Made by a program: the position numbers and the translations under genes
Shown here: positions 16,491 through 26,444 of the stretch, piece by piece
How positions within the stretch are numbered: position 1 is the stretch's first letter
How the letters are laid out: every line of letters starts with the position of its first letter
Assembly: GCA_035528275.1 (NCBI GenBank)
Contig: DATKYV010000010.1
Coordinates: forward strand, 1-52,077
DNA: 52,077 nucleotides
Origin: Terriglobia bacterium
GTDB taxonomy: Bacteria; Acidobacteriota; Terriglobia; UBA7540
Reading direction: 5' to 3'
Notes under the pieces: model-generated
The model's database searches: none
The model's input: only the letters and a program-made list of their open reading frames with translations
What the model was told of the DNA's origin: nothing

Positions 16491-17657
16491 ATGGAATTGC
16501 CCGCCGTCACCATCACCTCGCGAGGCATCGACCGCATTCTCTCCGGCCACCTTTGGATATATCGCAGCGACCTGGCTGATGAATCGGGCGCCGAGGCGGG
16601 AGCCATCGTCCGCCTCGTCGACCACAAGGGGCGTTACTGGGGCCAGGCGCTTTACAGCAGCACGTCGCAGATCGCCTTGCGCCTTCTCACTCGCGAGGAA
16701 CGGCCGTTCAGCCGCGCCTTCCTGGCCGAGCGCATCGCCGCCGCGGCGTTGTTTCGCGAGCAGGTTGTGGATGGGGCGCGCGCTTTTCGGCTTGTCGCCG
16801 GCGAGGGCGATCTGCTGCCCAGTCTCATCATCGATCGCTACGGCGAATGCTTTGTTATCCAAACCCTCAGCCAGGGAATGGACCGACTGAAGCCCTTGGT
16901 TGTCGAAATCCTCCAGGAGCGGTTCGAGCCGCTCTCCATCATCGAGCGCAATGACGCGGGCGTGCGCGCGCTGGAGGGTTTGCCCGAGCAGAAAGGACAT
17001 TTGGCGGGCGAACCGGTTGATAAGGTCGTCGTGGAAGTCGGCGGCGTCAAGCTCTGCTACGATCTGATGGCGGGGCAGAAGACCGGCGGCTTCCTTGACC
17101 AACGCGAGAACCGCGTGGCGGCGCGAAAGTATGCGCGCGGCCGGCTCCTCGATTGCTTCACTTATTCCGGAGCTTTCGCGCTCGAGTTGGCCCGGCAATG
17201 CGATTCCGTTCTCGGCGTGGAGATGTCCGCCGAAGCATTGAAGCTCGCCGAGCGCAATCGGGAGCTCAACGCTGCGAAGAACGTCGAGTGGAAGGAAGCC
17301 AACTGCTTCGACTTCCTGAAAGCCGCCGACCAGGATGGCCTGCGCTTTGACACCGTGGTGCTTGATCCCCCGGCCTTCGCGCGCCAGAAAGCGAACGTCG
17401 ACTCGGCGCTGCGCGGCTACAAGGAACTGAATCTCCGAGCCTTCAAAATCCTGAATCCCGGCGGATACCTCGTCACCTGTTCGTGCTCGTTCCACATCAG
17501 CGAGGCCGACCTTCTGGAAGTTGTCGCCAGCGCGGCGCTGGACGCTCACCGCACGGTCGCTGTGGTGGAGAGGCGGACGCAATCGCGCGACCACCCCATC
17601 CTGTTGACCGTCCCCGAAACTCACTACCTGAAGTGCCTGATCCTCCGGATTCTGTGA
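16491..17657 (+). CDS. class I SAM-dependent rRNA methyltransferase (RlmI-like, PUA + MTase)
   Basis: GHLWIYRSDL...GQKTGGFLDQRENR...VVLDPPAFAR...GYLVTCSCSFHI. Confidence 0.88.
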   Translation: MELPAVTITSRGIDRILSGHLWIYRSDLADESGAEAGAIVRLVDHKGRYWGQALYSSTSQIALRLLTREERPFSRAFLAERIAAAALFREQVVDGARAFRLVAGEGDLLPSLIIDRYGECFVIQTLSQGMDRLKPLVVEILQERFEPLSIIERNDAGVRALEGLPEQKGHLAGEPVDKVVVEVGGVKLCYDLMAGQKTGGFLDQRENRVAARKYARGRLLDCFTYSGAFALELARQCDSVLGVEMSAEALKLAERNRELNAAKNVEWKEANCFDFLKAADQDGLRFDTVVLDPPAFARQKANVDSALRGYKELNLRAFKILNPGGYLVTCSCSFHISEADLLEVVASAALDAHRTVAVVERRTQSRDHPILLTVPETHYLKCLILRIL

Positions 17658-17750
17658 TCGCGGCCGGCGACGGTGATGCGGTCGCCATTCCGTGCCTGCC
17701 GCGACACGACACTTGAAGAGTGGAAGTGATACGGGCTAAAGTTCTCGAAG

Positions 17751-18863
17751 ATGCGCATTCGTGCCTTCCTGCTTCTGGCGATGGTGGCGGCTTGGGGCGA
17801 GTTGCAGGCTGCTCCGGGCACGGAAATACTCAAGTTTTTGATATCCGTCGAACAGCAAACCCTCACCTTACCCTATGCCCTCCGTGCAACGCTGCATCTG
17901 CATAATTCCGGCCAGGCGGCGGTCTGGCTCTATCGTCCCGTCCGCGAACCGACGGGCAACGGCTCGGCGCTCGAGGTCCGGCTTGCTCCTGCCGATGAGG
18001 CGGCTGCGGCAACTCCCGGACGCGGAGTCGTATTCGAGCGCGCCGGGTTTCCACGCCCCCGCCTGGTGCGGATCGACCCGGGGGATGATTACGAGGAAAA
18101 GACAACGCTCAAAATCGTGCCGGCTCGGGCGGGAACCAACGGAGAGGGCGAAGCGGTTTGGGGTCGCTATCGATTGACGGCGGTCTACAGCGCCCGGTAC
18201 TCCAACGCCGCGACGCTGGAACGAATTCTCGGCGTCGATCTCTGGGAGGGCGAAGTCACGAGCAATACCGTTGAGATCGAAGTCCAGCCGCCCGCGGGAA
18301 AGGGCAGGATATCCGGCCGGGTCAGGACCAAAGAGTCGCAAAGCCTCATCGGTGCGGTGGTATCGCTCAGCGACGAGCAGGAGCGCCTTGTCGATCAGAC
18401 GCGAACCGATCTCGAAGGCCAGTATGAGTTCCAGAAACTTCCTTGGGGCGTTTACTGGGTTGTGGTCCGACGGAGGGACTACCCCGAAGACACCGTCCAG
18501 TTCCGTCACATCGGCCTCGACGAACAGGAACCCGAGGGCGCCATGGATTTTCTCATTTTGCCCCGCGAAATCTATGAAGCCCGGGAACTTTTGCACAAAC
18601 CCGTGCTCTTTCGCATCACGGACCGCGAAGGACGCCCGCTGGATAAGGTCCGACTCGAAATCGTCTGGTCGAGCGGCAGGGTTCTGGAATCTATCAAGGA
18701 GGATGTGGCGGATGACGGCACGGCCGCCCTGCAACTTCTTCCCGGACGCAACTACGTGACCCTCAAACGCAGCGGCTGCCGGAAGCAAGAGCAGCGCGTC
18801 GACGTCGCCGAGGGAGACGGGATCGACGGGTTCATCCTTCATTACGATTGCAGCGCAGAATGA
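17751..18863 (+). CDS. secreted hypothetical protein with a carboxypeptidase-regulatory-like domain
   Basis: Signal peptide MRIRAFLLLAMVAAWGELQA. ISGRVRTKESQSLIGAVVSLSDEQERLVDQTRTDLEGQYEFQKLPWGVYWVVV fits the CarboxypepD_reg pattern. Confidence 0.7.
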   Translation: MRIRAFLLLAMVAAWGELQAAPGTEILKFLISVEQQTLTLPYALRATLHLHNSGQAAVWLYRPVREPTGNGSALEVRLAPADEAAAATPGRGVVFERAGFPRPRLVRIDPGDDYEEKTTLKIVPARAGTNGEGEAVWGRYRLTAVYSARYSNAATLERILGVDLWEGEVTSNTVEIEVQPPAGKGRISGRVRTKESQSLIGAVVSLSDEQERLVDQTRTDLEGQYEFQKLPWGVYWVVVRRRDYPEDTVQFRHIGLDEQEPEGAMDFLILPREIYEARELLHKPVLFRITDREGRPLDKVRLEIVWSSGRVLESIKEDVADDGTAALQLLPGRNYVTLKRSGCRKQEQRVDVAEGDGIDGFILHYDCSAE

Positions 18864-19041
18864 AGGTCCGAATCAGCAGCGGCCAGGAACGGGCCGAAGA
18901 AGGATTCCGGGCGCTTGTCGATGCAGCGGGATTTCGCGTGACGCCCACCCCGCAGAGCGGGGCGGGCATGGCGGGTGGCGGATCCACGGCTTTGCCGGGA
19001 CAGGTCTATCGCGCTTTCTGCGATGTGTGCGATGGAGCGAA

Positions 19042-19431
19042 TTATCCTTTGGGGCTATCCTGTCCCGCAGTTACCCTCAGCGACATCAAATGCCTTTTCA
19101 ACTCCTCAGCGCCCAAACCTTTTAGGGAAGTCCTGTCCGGCGCCCAGTGTTCCCAGTCACCGTCGCCGTACATGAAGAGCGTGCCGTGTTGGGGATGGGA
19201 GTAGAGAATGGTCTCGCCGTCAACGTCTCCTTTGGAGAAACCGAACTCGACGGCAACCTCGTGACGCCCGCCGAAAGCGATGTCGTGCGCTACGCGATTC
19301 CATCCCGGGGCTTCCAGCCGTTTGAGCTCATCCAGACCTTCGACGCCGAGCTCTTCGGCGCGCTTCATTGCGTCCTGGAGAGCCCTCAACGCTTCCGCCA
19401 GATCTGCTGCCCGGTTTTCCTTCTCGGCCAC
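19042..19431 (-). CDS. hypothetical protein (start uncertain)
   Basis: The track ORF's N-terminus overlaps the upstream gene. The GTG at 19431 (preceded by GAGGGTGAA) would give MAEKENRAADLAEALRALQDAMKRAEEL.... No family recognised. Confidence 0.45.
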   Translation of the reverse strand: MAEKENRAADLAEALRALQDAMKRAEELGVEGLDELKRLEAPGWNRVAHDIAFGGRHEVAVEFGFSKGDVDGETILYSHPQHGTLFMYGDGDWEHWAPDRTSLKGLGAEELKRHLMSLRVTAGQDSPKG

Positions 19432-19487
19432 TTCACCCTCGCCAGCCCGCGGAGGAAAAAGCCTTCCAGCGATGTTCGCTTCCTCTG

Positions 19488-20837
19488 TCAGTAGAAATTG
19501 TACGTCTTCGGATTCACCACTTCGGGAAACGGCATATCGCCGAGGTGGTAGCGTTCGGGCGTGTAGTCGCGTTTGGAATTCCACACCGCGTCCCACTCGA
19601 TGACCTTGCCGCTGTAAGCCGCCTCCCTTCCCATGATGGCCGTCAGGGTGGACTCGGCGACGTTTCGCGCCTCATTGAGCGGCTTGCCGGCGCGAATGCT
19701 CTCAATCAGGTCGCGATGCTCGGCTTCAAGGCCGTCGGGTGTTTCGCCCTCGTAGCGCCACTCCTTATCGCCGGCGATGGTGTCCTTGCAGTTGCTGGTT
19801 CCTTTTCTCCCCAGCACCTCCACCCCAACGCGATCCGTGCCGTTGTCGATCTGGCGGTTCTGGCTGAAGAGCCGTGTGCCGTTCGCATACTCATACTCGA
19901 TGGCAAAGTGGTCGTAGATGTTGCCGAACTCGTCGCTGGTGCGGCTGATGCGGCCGCCCATTCCATAGGCGCGCACTGGATGCTCGCCCATGATCCAGTT
20001 GACCTGGTCCAGGTTGTGGATGTGTTGCTCGACGATGCAATCGCCGGAGAGCCAAGTGAAATAATTCCAGTCCCGCAATTGCCATTCGGCGTCGCCCCAG
20101 CCCGGCTGACGAGGAATGGTCCACAGCTCGCCGATGTTGAAGTAGGCGCGAACTTCAAGGATCTCGCCAATGGCGCCGTCCCGAAGGCGCTTGACGGTCT
20201 CCATGATTTCCCGCGAGTGGCGTCGCACAGTGCCGGCCAGGAAGCCGAGCCCTTTTTTCTTGGCCATCTCGCCGGATTCGATCACCGACCGCGCGCCGGG
20301 AGCGTCCACCGCCACCGGCTTCTCCGCAAACACATGCTTGCCTGCTTCCACGGCGGCGCGGATTTCCCGGGGACGAAATTGCGGCGGGCTGGCCAGAACC
20401 ACGTAGTTGACCTCGGGAAGACCGAGAACCTTCTCGTACGCATCGAAGCCCACAAAACAGTTGCGCGCGCTGACCTCGTTGCCCACCAATTTGAGCTGCC
20501 CCCGGCAATGATCCAGCCGGTCCTGGAACAGATCGGCCAGCGCAACTATTTCCACGTCGGTGGCCTTGGCGCGCGAGCCCGGCGCGGCGTTCTCCGTGTG
20601 ATATCCGCTGCGTGGCGGTGGATAGATAACGTCGGTCGGAGCCAGGAGGAGATTCAGCGCTGCTCCTGTTCCGCGTCCTCCACAGCCGATGACGCCCACC
20701 CGGATTTTCCGGTCGTCCGGCGCGCCGCGGCCGGCGCCGGCGAAGAGGAATTGAGCCGCCGCCGCGGCCCCAACCGCCGAAGAGCTTATGAACTGCCGGC
20801 GCGAAACACCGATCCCTGATTTCTTCGTATTTGCCAT
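19488..20837 (-). CDS. Gfo/Idh/MocA family oxidoreductase with a Tat signal
   Basis: MANTKKSGIGVSRRQFISSS (twin-arginine), IRVGVIGCGGRG Rossmann motif, and GKHVFAEKPVA. GGAGGTGG precedes the ATG at 20837. Confidence 0.88.
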   Translation of the reverse strand: MANTKKSGIGVSRRQFISSSAVGAAAAAQFLFAGAGRGAPDDRKIRVGVIGCGGRGTGAALNLLLAPTDVIYPPPRSGYHTENAAPGSRAKATDVEIVALADLFQDRLDHCRGQLKLVGNEVSARNCFVGFDAYEKVLGLPEVNYVVLASPPQFRPREIRAAVEAGKHVFAEKPVAVDAPGARSVIESGEMAKKKGLGFLAGTVRRHSREIMETVKRLRDGAIGEILEVRAYFNIGELWTIPRQPGWGDAEWQLRDWNYFTWLSGDCIVEQHIHNLDQVNWIMGEHPVRAYGMGGRISRTSDEFGNIYDHFAIEYEYANGTRLFSQNRQIDNGTDRVGVEVLGRKGTSNCKDTIAGDKEWRYEGETPDGLEAEHRDLIESIRAGKPLNEARNVAESTLTAIMGREAAYSGKVIEWDAVWNSKRDYTPERYHLGDMPFPEVVNPKTYNFY

Positions 20838-21049
20838 GATTTCCACCTCCGGGGCATTCGATATGAAGTTCAGATTTCACCGAACTCGGTCCCAGATTCT
20901 ACACCTCTCAGCGAGAGTCGGTGGCAATATCCAGCCGAGGCGGAAGGTCATCGGACGGCGGGATTGAGGACGCCTCAAATCGCACGCGTGGCATAATGGC
21001 CGGCTTGGGAAAATCATAAGGCGGGAATAGAACAGATGGAGTTTCAAAG

Positions 21050-21886
21050 ATGACGGACGGGTTCAGACTCATGTGCGTTCTGGCGCATCCCGATGACGAG
21101 TCGCTGGGGACGGGCGGGACACTCGCGAAATATGCCAGTGAAGGCGTGGAGACTTATCTCGTCACGGCGACGCGCGGCGAGCGCGGGCGGTTTGGTGACG
21201 CGAAGGAATCACCGGGCTTGGAAATGGTGGGCAAGGTCCGCGAGGCCGAGTTGCGCGCCGCGGCCCAAGAACTGGGCGTTCGGGAAGTCAACCTCCTGGA
21301 CTACATTGACGGCGAGCTCGACCGCGCGAATCCGGTGGAAGCTGTGGCCAAGATTGTTTCCCATCTGCGGCGGGTGAAGCCCCACGTGGTCATCACGTTT
21401 GGGCCGGAGGGAGCCTATGGGCATCCCGATCATATTGCCATCTGCCAGTTCACGACCGCCGCCGTGGTGTGTGCTGCCGATTCCACCTATGAATGTCAGG
21501 GAAGCGACGGGGCCCGCCAGGCGGCGCATCGCGTCTCAAAGCTCTATTACATGGCCTGGCCGCCGGGCAAGTGGGCGGCGTATCAAGCGGCGTTGAAGGA
21601 TTTGAAGTCGAAGGTGGATGGCGTCGAGCGGCGCGCAACACCCTGGCCCGATTGGGCGCTCACCACGCTGATTGATACCAGCGCTCACTGGGCGAGGGTT
21701 TGGCGAGCCGTTTCCTGCCACAAGACGCAGATGGCCATTTACCGCAATCTGGAACACCTGCCCGCCGAACATCATCAGGCTCTCTGGGGCTCGCAAGAAT
21801 TCTACCGCGTTTTCAGCCTGGTCAACGGCGGCCGGAATCGCGAGGCGGATTTGTTCGAAGGAATGCGTCGGCTGGCGGATGCTTGA
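21050..21886 (+). CDS. PIG-L/LmbE family deacetylase
   Basis: LMCVLAHPDDESLGTGGTLAKY...VITFGPEGAYGHPDHIA. Confidence 0.88.
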   Translation: MTDGFRLMCVLAHPDDESLGTGGTLAKYASEGVETYLVTATRGERGRFGDAKESPGLEMVGKVREAELRAAAQELGVREVNLLDYIDGELDRANPVEAVAKIVSHLRRVKPHVVITFGPEGAYGHPDHIAICQFTTAAVVCAADSTYECQGSDGARQAAHRVSKLYYMAWPPGKWAAYQAALKDLKSKVDGVERRATPWPDWALTTLIDTSAHWARVWRAVSCHKTQMAIYRNLEHLPAEHHQALWGSQEFYRVFSLVNGGRNREADLFEGMRRLADA

Positions 21887-22009
21887 ACACAAGAGGCTGG
21901 GGACGGGATGACGGGGACTTTGCAGGTCTGCCTATACGGACCTCTCGACCCGCAAGAATTACCACAAGCGGGAATGCAGAGATCACCTGCTGCGACCGGC
22001 CATTGCCCC

Positions 22010-23749
22010 TTAGTTCGGGGGAAGGGGGGACGCGGCATCCGTCTTGACCTGTCCCGTCAAGGGACCTTCAACCGCCACTTCCCTGCGCGTTAAATGGGGA
22101 AACAGCGGCGTCACCATGAAGGGCATCTTCTCCCGCGCACTGAGCGGCGCAGCGGGTTTGCTCTTCATCATTTCCACGCGACCGTTCCAGGGGTCAACTT
22201 TGAGCCGGGTGCCGAGCGGGAAAGCGGCAATTTGATCGATCTGGCGCGGCTGTAATTCCGGGGCGACGCTCTTCAGCTCCACCATGCGGTGATTGTGCCC
22301 GTTCTCGGCCAGACGATTTCCCATGTGGGCGCCGAACATCTGCTTGAGGAGGGGAGCCTCATCGGCCATAGCGCGCAGGAACAATCCGGCGGTGCTCAAC
22401 TTGTTTCTGTAGGGCGAGTTTTGCAGAAGCTCGAGAGCCTTGGTGTCAGCGGCGGACTCCTGTTGCGGGTCGCGCTCGAAATCCAAAGCGCCCACGATGT
22501 CCTCGTCGTCAATCAAAAGACGATCGTTGAAGGCGTAGCGTGTGTCCGTCACATGGCCCAGAACAAGGTGGGCGAGCTCGTGGGCGAGGACCGTGGCGAG
22601 AGTGGCCTCGTCGGGCAGGACGTCTATGAGCCCCCGGCTGATAACGATGGTGTGGCCCACCGTGAAGGACTCGAAAGGCAGGGTCAACATGACGCGGCAG
22701 CGGATGGGTGGCAGGTCGTCGAGCTTGTTAGTCACCATCAGATTGTTGACGACGGTATCGAGCACTTTGTCGACTTCGCCGGGGGGCGCAATCAGACGCG
22801 CCTTTTCCAGCCGCTCGAGGACGTTGTTTTCCGCTTCGGTCTCCCATCCTCGCTGGCTCGCCAGCGGGGAGAGGTCCTCTCCTTCGCTGCTATCGCGCAC
22901 CGGCGCCGGCGCTTCCACGAGGATGCGGGTGAGTTCGTCTTCACGAGCTGTGGTGCTCAAGTCATACCCCCAAAAACGTGTCTGCGCCCGGAACGACGTG
23001 GCCCGGGAGTTCACGCTAAGGAAGGTGGGGGGAGTCATGCCCGACTCTTCGAAATAGATGATCACCGGCAGCCACACCCCGGGCTGCAAATTCTGCCGCC
23101 AGCTGTCGAAATGATAGTACACGTGGAATCTGGGCGGCCTGGTGCGGACGCCCTTGAAGCGTACGATGGTGTAATCGCGGTCCTCCACCCAGATTCGTCC
23201 TTTGAACCGTCCGGAGCCCGAACCCTGGCGAGGAATCAGGTCGAACACCAGGCAGCGGACGTCGCCCAGGAACTCGCTTCGGACAAACTGAAAATGATAG
23301 TCCTGGCGATCGAGTCCCTTGGGATCGATCACGACCGCCTCCACAAAGCTGTCCAAGTTGTAGTGAAACTTGAACGGGCGGGTCAAAGCTTTGGCCAGAA
23401 AGCGAGGAAGGAAGTTGAATCGTGAGTGCGACTGGGGGAGGAACGACTGCGATTCGACGCGCTTGTCGAGTTCCAGTCGCCCCAGGTAGTAAAGGTCGTT
23501 GACGGGCACAGAGCCCAGTTCCTGGTCAGGCCGAACGAACTGGAGATAAGTCTCAACGCGCGGGCGGTACTTCGAGAGAGTCAGGATGACCTCGTCTTCC
23601 CGCGCGATGATGCGGTCCTCTACCTGGCGCACCACTTCGGATTCTTCCTTGGGCGGTTGAGCTTCTTTGGGCGCGCTCCGGCCCGGAGCGGGAAAGAGAA
23701 CGAGCCCCGCCAACAGCCACGCGATGAGAACGAACCGTGAATTCTTCAT
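22010..23749 (-). CDS. secreted M48-type zinc metallopeptidase with a large N-terminal domain
   Basis: Signal-like MKNSRFVLIAWLLAGLVLFPAPG, plus the HEXXH motif in TVLAHELAHLVLGH. The upstream part of the 776-aa track ORF overlaps the TonB gene in another frame. Confidence 0.8.
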   Translation of the reverse strand: MKNSRFVLIAWLLAGLVLFPAPGRSAPKEAQPPKEESEVVRQVEDRIIAREDEVILTLSKYRPRVETYLQFVRPDQELGSVPVNDLYYLGRLELDKRVESQSFLPQSHSRFNFLPRFLAKALTRPFKFHYNLDSFVEAVVIDPKGLDRQDYHFQFVRSEFLGDVRCLVFDLIPRQGSGSGRFKGRIWVEDRDYTIVRFKGVRTRPPRFHVYYHFDSWRQNLQPGVWLPVIIYFEESGMTPPTFLSVNSRATSFRAQTRFWGYDLSTTAREDELTRILVEAPAPVRDSSEGEDLSPLASQRGWETEAENNVLERLEKARLIAPPGEVDKVLDTVVNNLMVTNKLDDLPPIRCRVMLTLPFESFTVGHTIVISRGLIDVLPDEATLATVLAHELAHLVLGHVTDTRYAFNDRLLIDDEDIVGALDFERDPQQESAADTKALELLQNSPYRNKLSTAGLFLRAMADEAPLLKQMFGAHMGNRLAENGHNHRMVELKSVAPELQPRQIDQIAAFPLGTRLKVDPWNGRVEMMKSKPAAPLSAREKMPFMVTPLFPHLTRREVAVEGPLTGQVKTDAASPLPPN

Positions 23750-23774
23750 AGGGTTACCTTGGTCCTTTGGCTTT

Positions 23775-24878
23775 CTAGCCTGCCAGTTGAAAAACCACCC
23801 GTAAGGTGGCCGGGAAATCCACGGGCTCTCCGTCCCGCTGCGCCGGTCTAAAATGAATCTGCTCGGCGGCGCGCCACGCCGATTCGTCCAGGCCGTGCCC
23901 CAGCCCCTGCACCACACGCAGGACACGCAGTTTTCCCGAGGCTGTGAAGACGACGGCCAGAACAACTTCGCCCTGCACGCCGAGTTTCCGCGCCTCCTCA
24001 GTGAACTGGGGATTGGGCTTGGAAAGAATCTCCACCGGAACTTGTGCCGGCTGTTCGGATGCAGACGTTTTCGCGGAGGGCTTTGGGGCGACGGGTTTGA
24101 CATCGAAACCACCCGCCCGCACGCCGCTGCGGCCGGAGCCTCCGCCTCCGCCGTTGCCTCCACCTCCGACGGCAACGCCGTTGCCGAAACCGGCGCTGGC
24201 GACAGTTCCTCGAGCGCCCCGAGTTCCACCCGTGCCGTTCCCGTAGCCCTCCCCTTCAGGCAAATCGAACGATCCCAGCTTGGCGACATTGCCGAAACTG
24301 CCTCCTTGCGCGTCACCGGGCAGGCCGTTGGGGCTTCCAAAACCTCCGGTCTGGACCTTCTCCGCAGGCAGGTTCAGTGTTGCCGCCGCCGAACTTCCTC
24401 CGAAAACTCCCGTCCGGACAGGAGTGAGCAGTGGCCTGGGTCCTGCCACTACAGACGGGAGCGCCGGGTGCGTCGCCTCCGGAACTGCCATCGGGGTCGG
24501 AACGGGGGGAGGAACCTGACTCGCAATCTTGGGAGGTTCGGGATTCGGGGAGCGATCGGGCAGCCGCGTCAACGGAAACTGAATCTGCTCTCGCTGGGGA
24601 TTGGGAGCCTCCAGGACTGGCCTGGGTTTTGGCAGCCGCGGCACACGGACTTCTTCCGGCCTTGGCGGTTTAATGAGTTCGATATACACAGGCGCTTTAC
24701 TGAGAAACGGCTGCATTTCACTGGGAATGATGATTCCCGCCGCGAGAATGCATACAAGAGCCAGTACCTGCGTTCCGACTCCGATCCCGAACGAGGCCCA
24801 GCGACGCACCCGCTGCTGCGGAGTGTCTTCAAGCGTCGAAAAGATGCGAACAGCCCCACCCGGCACGCGCTTCTCCAA
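23775..24878 (-). CDS. TonB family energy transducer
   Basis: N-terminal TM segment, Pro-rich linker (KPPRPEEVRVPRLPKPRP), a Gly-rich tract, and the C-terminal TonB domain KPNPQFTEEARKLGVQGEVVLAVVFTASGKLRVLRVVQGLGHGLDESA. Confidence 0.8.
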   Translation of the reverse strand: MEKRVPGGAVRIFSTLEDTPQQRVRRWASFGIGVGTQVLALVCILAAGIIIPSEMQPFLSKAPVYIELIKPPRPEEVRVPRLPKPRPVLEAPNPQREQIQFPLTRLPDRSPNPEPPKIASQVPPPVPTPMAVPEATHPALPSVVAGPRPLLTPVRTGVFGGSSAAATLNLPAEKVQTGGFGSPNGLPGDAQGGSFGNVAKLGSFDLPEGEGYGNGTGGTRGARGTVASAGFGNGVAVGGGGNGGGGGSGRSGVRAGGFDVKPVAPKPSAKTSASEQPAQVPVEILSKPNPQFTEEARKLGVQGEVVLAVVFTASGKLRVLRVVQGLGHGLDESAWRAAEQIHFRPAQRDGEPVDFPATLRVVFQLAG

Positions 24879-25252
24879 CGAGCAATCCCCCGCCCTGAGG
24901 GGAACAGATCCAATTGATCCGAACTTAGCGGCTTCCCTGTGGTAGCCATTCTAGCCGGCGGCCCGAAGGCTGTCAACCGCGCAAGAACCTTGGCTGAAGT
25001 TCAGCCCGGCCGTTCCGACAGAATGTCCTGGATGAGGTGTTCTTTCGCCTGAAGAATAGCGGCTGGATTGGGTCGTCGTTTCCCTCTGATGTGGTCTTTT
25101 CGGGAGATCCGCCGGAGCCGCGACTCATGGCGTCCATCGCCCCCGTTGGGGCGACCCGGGACGTCCTCGAGGATGTCAGGCCTACGAGTCTGCTGTTTCC
25201 CCAGTGATGCGTCTGCGGTTGAAGGCTCGAAGTCTCGGCTTGGGGGATAGTC

Positions 25253-25483
25253 CTAGTTGTTAGTGTTCAGGTGCAGAAACTCGGCGAGCAGCTTCTTGCC
25301 CTGCTCGGCGAGATGGGAATGTCGCTGGATGGCCATGGCATACTTTCGAAAGGTGGCGCTTTCGAGGTCACTGGGGTCTGAGAGGTCGAGCGGAGGAGCC
25401 GTGCGCTGGCGTTCTTTTTCCGCGGCTTCGACTTTGTCCACCCACTCCAACCATTGGCTCCAGACCATCGTGGTGTTACTCAT
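25253..25483 (-). CDS. hypothetical 76-aa protein
   Basis: ORF only. Overlaps the upstream small ORF by 8 nt. No family recognised. Confidence 0.4.
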   Translation of the reverse strand: MSNTTMVWSQWLEWVDKVEAAEKERQRTAPPLDLSDPSDLESATFRKYAMAIQRHSHLAEQGKKLLAEFLHLNTNN

Positions 25484-25646
25484 TGTTTCGGGCTCCTCTC
25501 TGTAACGTCTTCTCAGCGACTATGGGCACCGCGGTCGGTTGCTGAGAGTCCTCGCCGACCCTTTCGAGCAATTGGAGGAGGAGCAGCATGCCCAGGGCCA
25601 TCAGCACTCCCCAACCTGTCATCATCTGTCCGCTTTCGAAAGCCAT
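25476..25646 (-). CDS. hypothetical small membrane protein (~56 aa)
   Basis: MAFESGQMMTGWGVLMALGMLLLLQLL has one TM segment. The start was chosen inside the 113-aa track ORF. Weak call. Confidence 0.3.
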   Translation of the reverse strand: MAFESGQMMTGWGVLMALGMLLLLQLLERVGEDSQQPTAVPIVAEKTLQRGARNNE

Positions 25647-25808
25647 CGCGGTTGCCCTCGTCGTGCAAGGCGGATTCGGAACGCCCTCTTTACCGTACGG
25701 CGCCAATGTTAGGGGAAACGACCCATCCGCACAAGAGTACGGAAGTACCCCCGTCTTTGGCCCCTTCGTGCCAATGACTTCCGCGGGGAGCCGGCATATG
25801 ATGGCATC

Positions 25809-26336
25809 GTGATTCACAGGGTCTTACAACACGCATTGACGGAATGGGAAGCGTTGAAGAGCGCGCCGATCGCGGTCGTCTTCGTGATCCTGATCGCCTT
25901 TCTCGTCGCTTATGCGGTCGTCAGATGGTTTTACTCGGCGCAGTTGCATGAGGTGAGAGAACGGCTGGCGGGAATGGACGAAAGACTGGCTGCCAAAGAC
26001 GTGCAACTGGCCGAGTACCGCCAGCGGCTCCACCTGGCTGCCTCGGAACGATTCAGCTGCTCGGGACTCTCGAACGCCGATCTTAAGGGAAGCGCTCTGA
26101 ACTGGGTCAACCAGCTGCGCGAATCCCTGGTCCTCGACGACGAGGAAGCACCGGCGGTTTCTTGTGATCAGTTGAAGGCGGATGCCATTGTCCTGAGAGA
26201 TGAATTGCTGTCACGTTTGCCGTCGTATGCCCGCGATGACCGGTGGTTTTCCTTCTATGAACGCATCGAGGATACGGCGGGAATGGCCGTGGTGGCAGAA
26301 GACCTGGAGCGCCTGGCGGACAGCCTTTCCGGATAG
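25809..26336 (+). CDS. hypothetical membrane-anchored coiled-coil protein
   Basis: GTG start. TM segment APIAVVFVILIAFLVAYAVV followed by a helical region (LHEVRERLAGMDERLAAKDVQLAEYRQRL). Confidence 0.5.
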   Translation: MIHRVLQHALTEWEALKSAPIAVVFVILIAFLVAYAVVRWFYSAQLHEVRERLAGMDERLAAKDVQLAEYRQRLHLAASERFSCSGLSNADLKGSALNWVNQLRESLVLDDEEAPAVSCDQLKADAIVLRDELLSRLPSYARDDRWFSFYERIEDTAGMAVVAEDLERLADSLSG

Positions 26337-26444
26337 GCGCCGAACGCGCTCGGACTCCTTACGTTTCTTCGTTCTCCCCACGCGCAAATCATTCGCTGCG
26401 CGAACCACCAGGCGTCTTGAAGTGGAGTTTTGGGTGAAGAATGA

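Noticed and set aside
16398-17624. N-terminal 409 codons of the 770-aa minus-strand ORF fused to queA
   Set aside because: This part is antisense to the well-supported RlmI-like methyltransferase gene (16491-17657) and has no recognisable domains. QueA homology starts at the ATG at 16397.
19368-20819. 483-aa plus-strand ORF; likewise 40999-42888 (+), 22289-23425 (+), 23853-24917 (+), 13759-14928 (-), 17868-18842 (-), 28739-29464 (-), 32460-33356 (+), 36033-36887 (-), 37435-38415 (-), 44605-45660 (-), 45204-46040 (+), 46044-46955 (+), 47302-48270 (-) and 50309-51232 (-)
   Set aside because: Each overlaps a gene with clear family motifs, either on the opposite strand or in another frame. Their translations are compositionally biased with no motifs. 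They are high-GC shadow ORFs.
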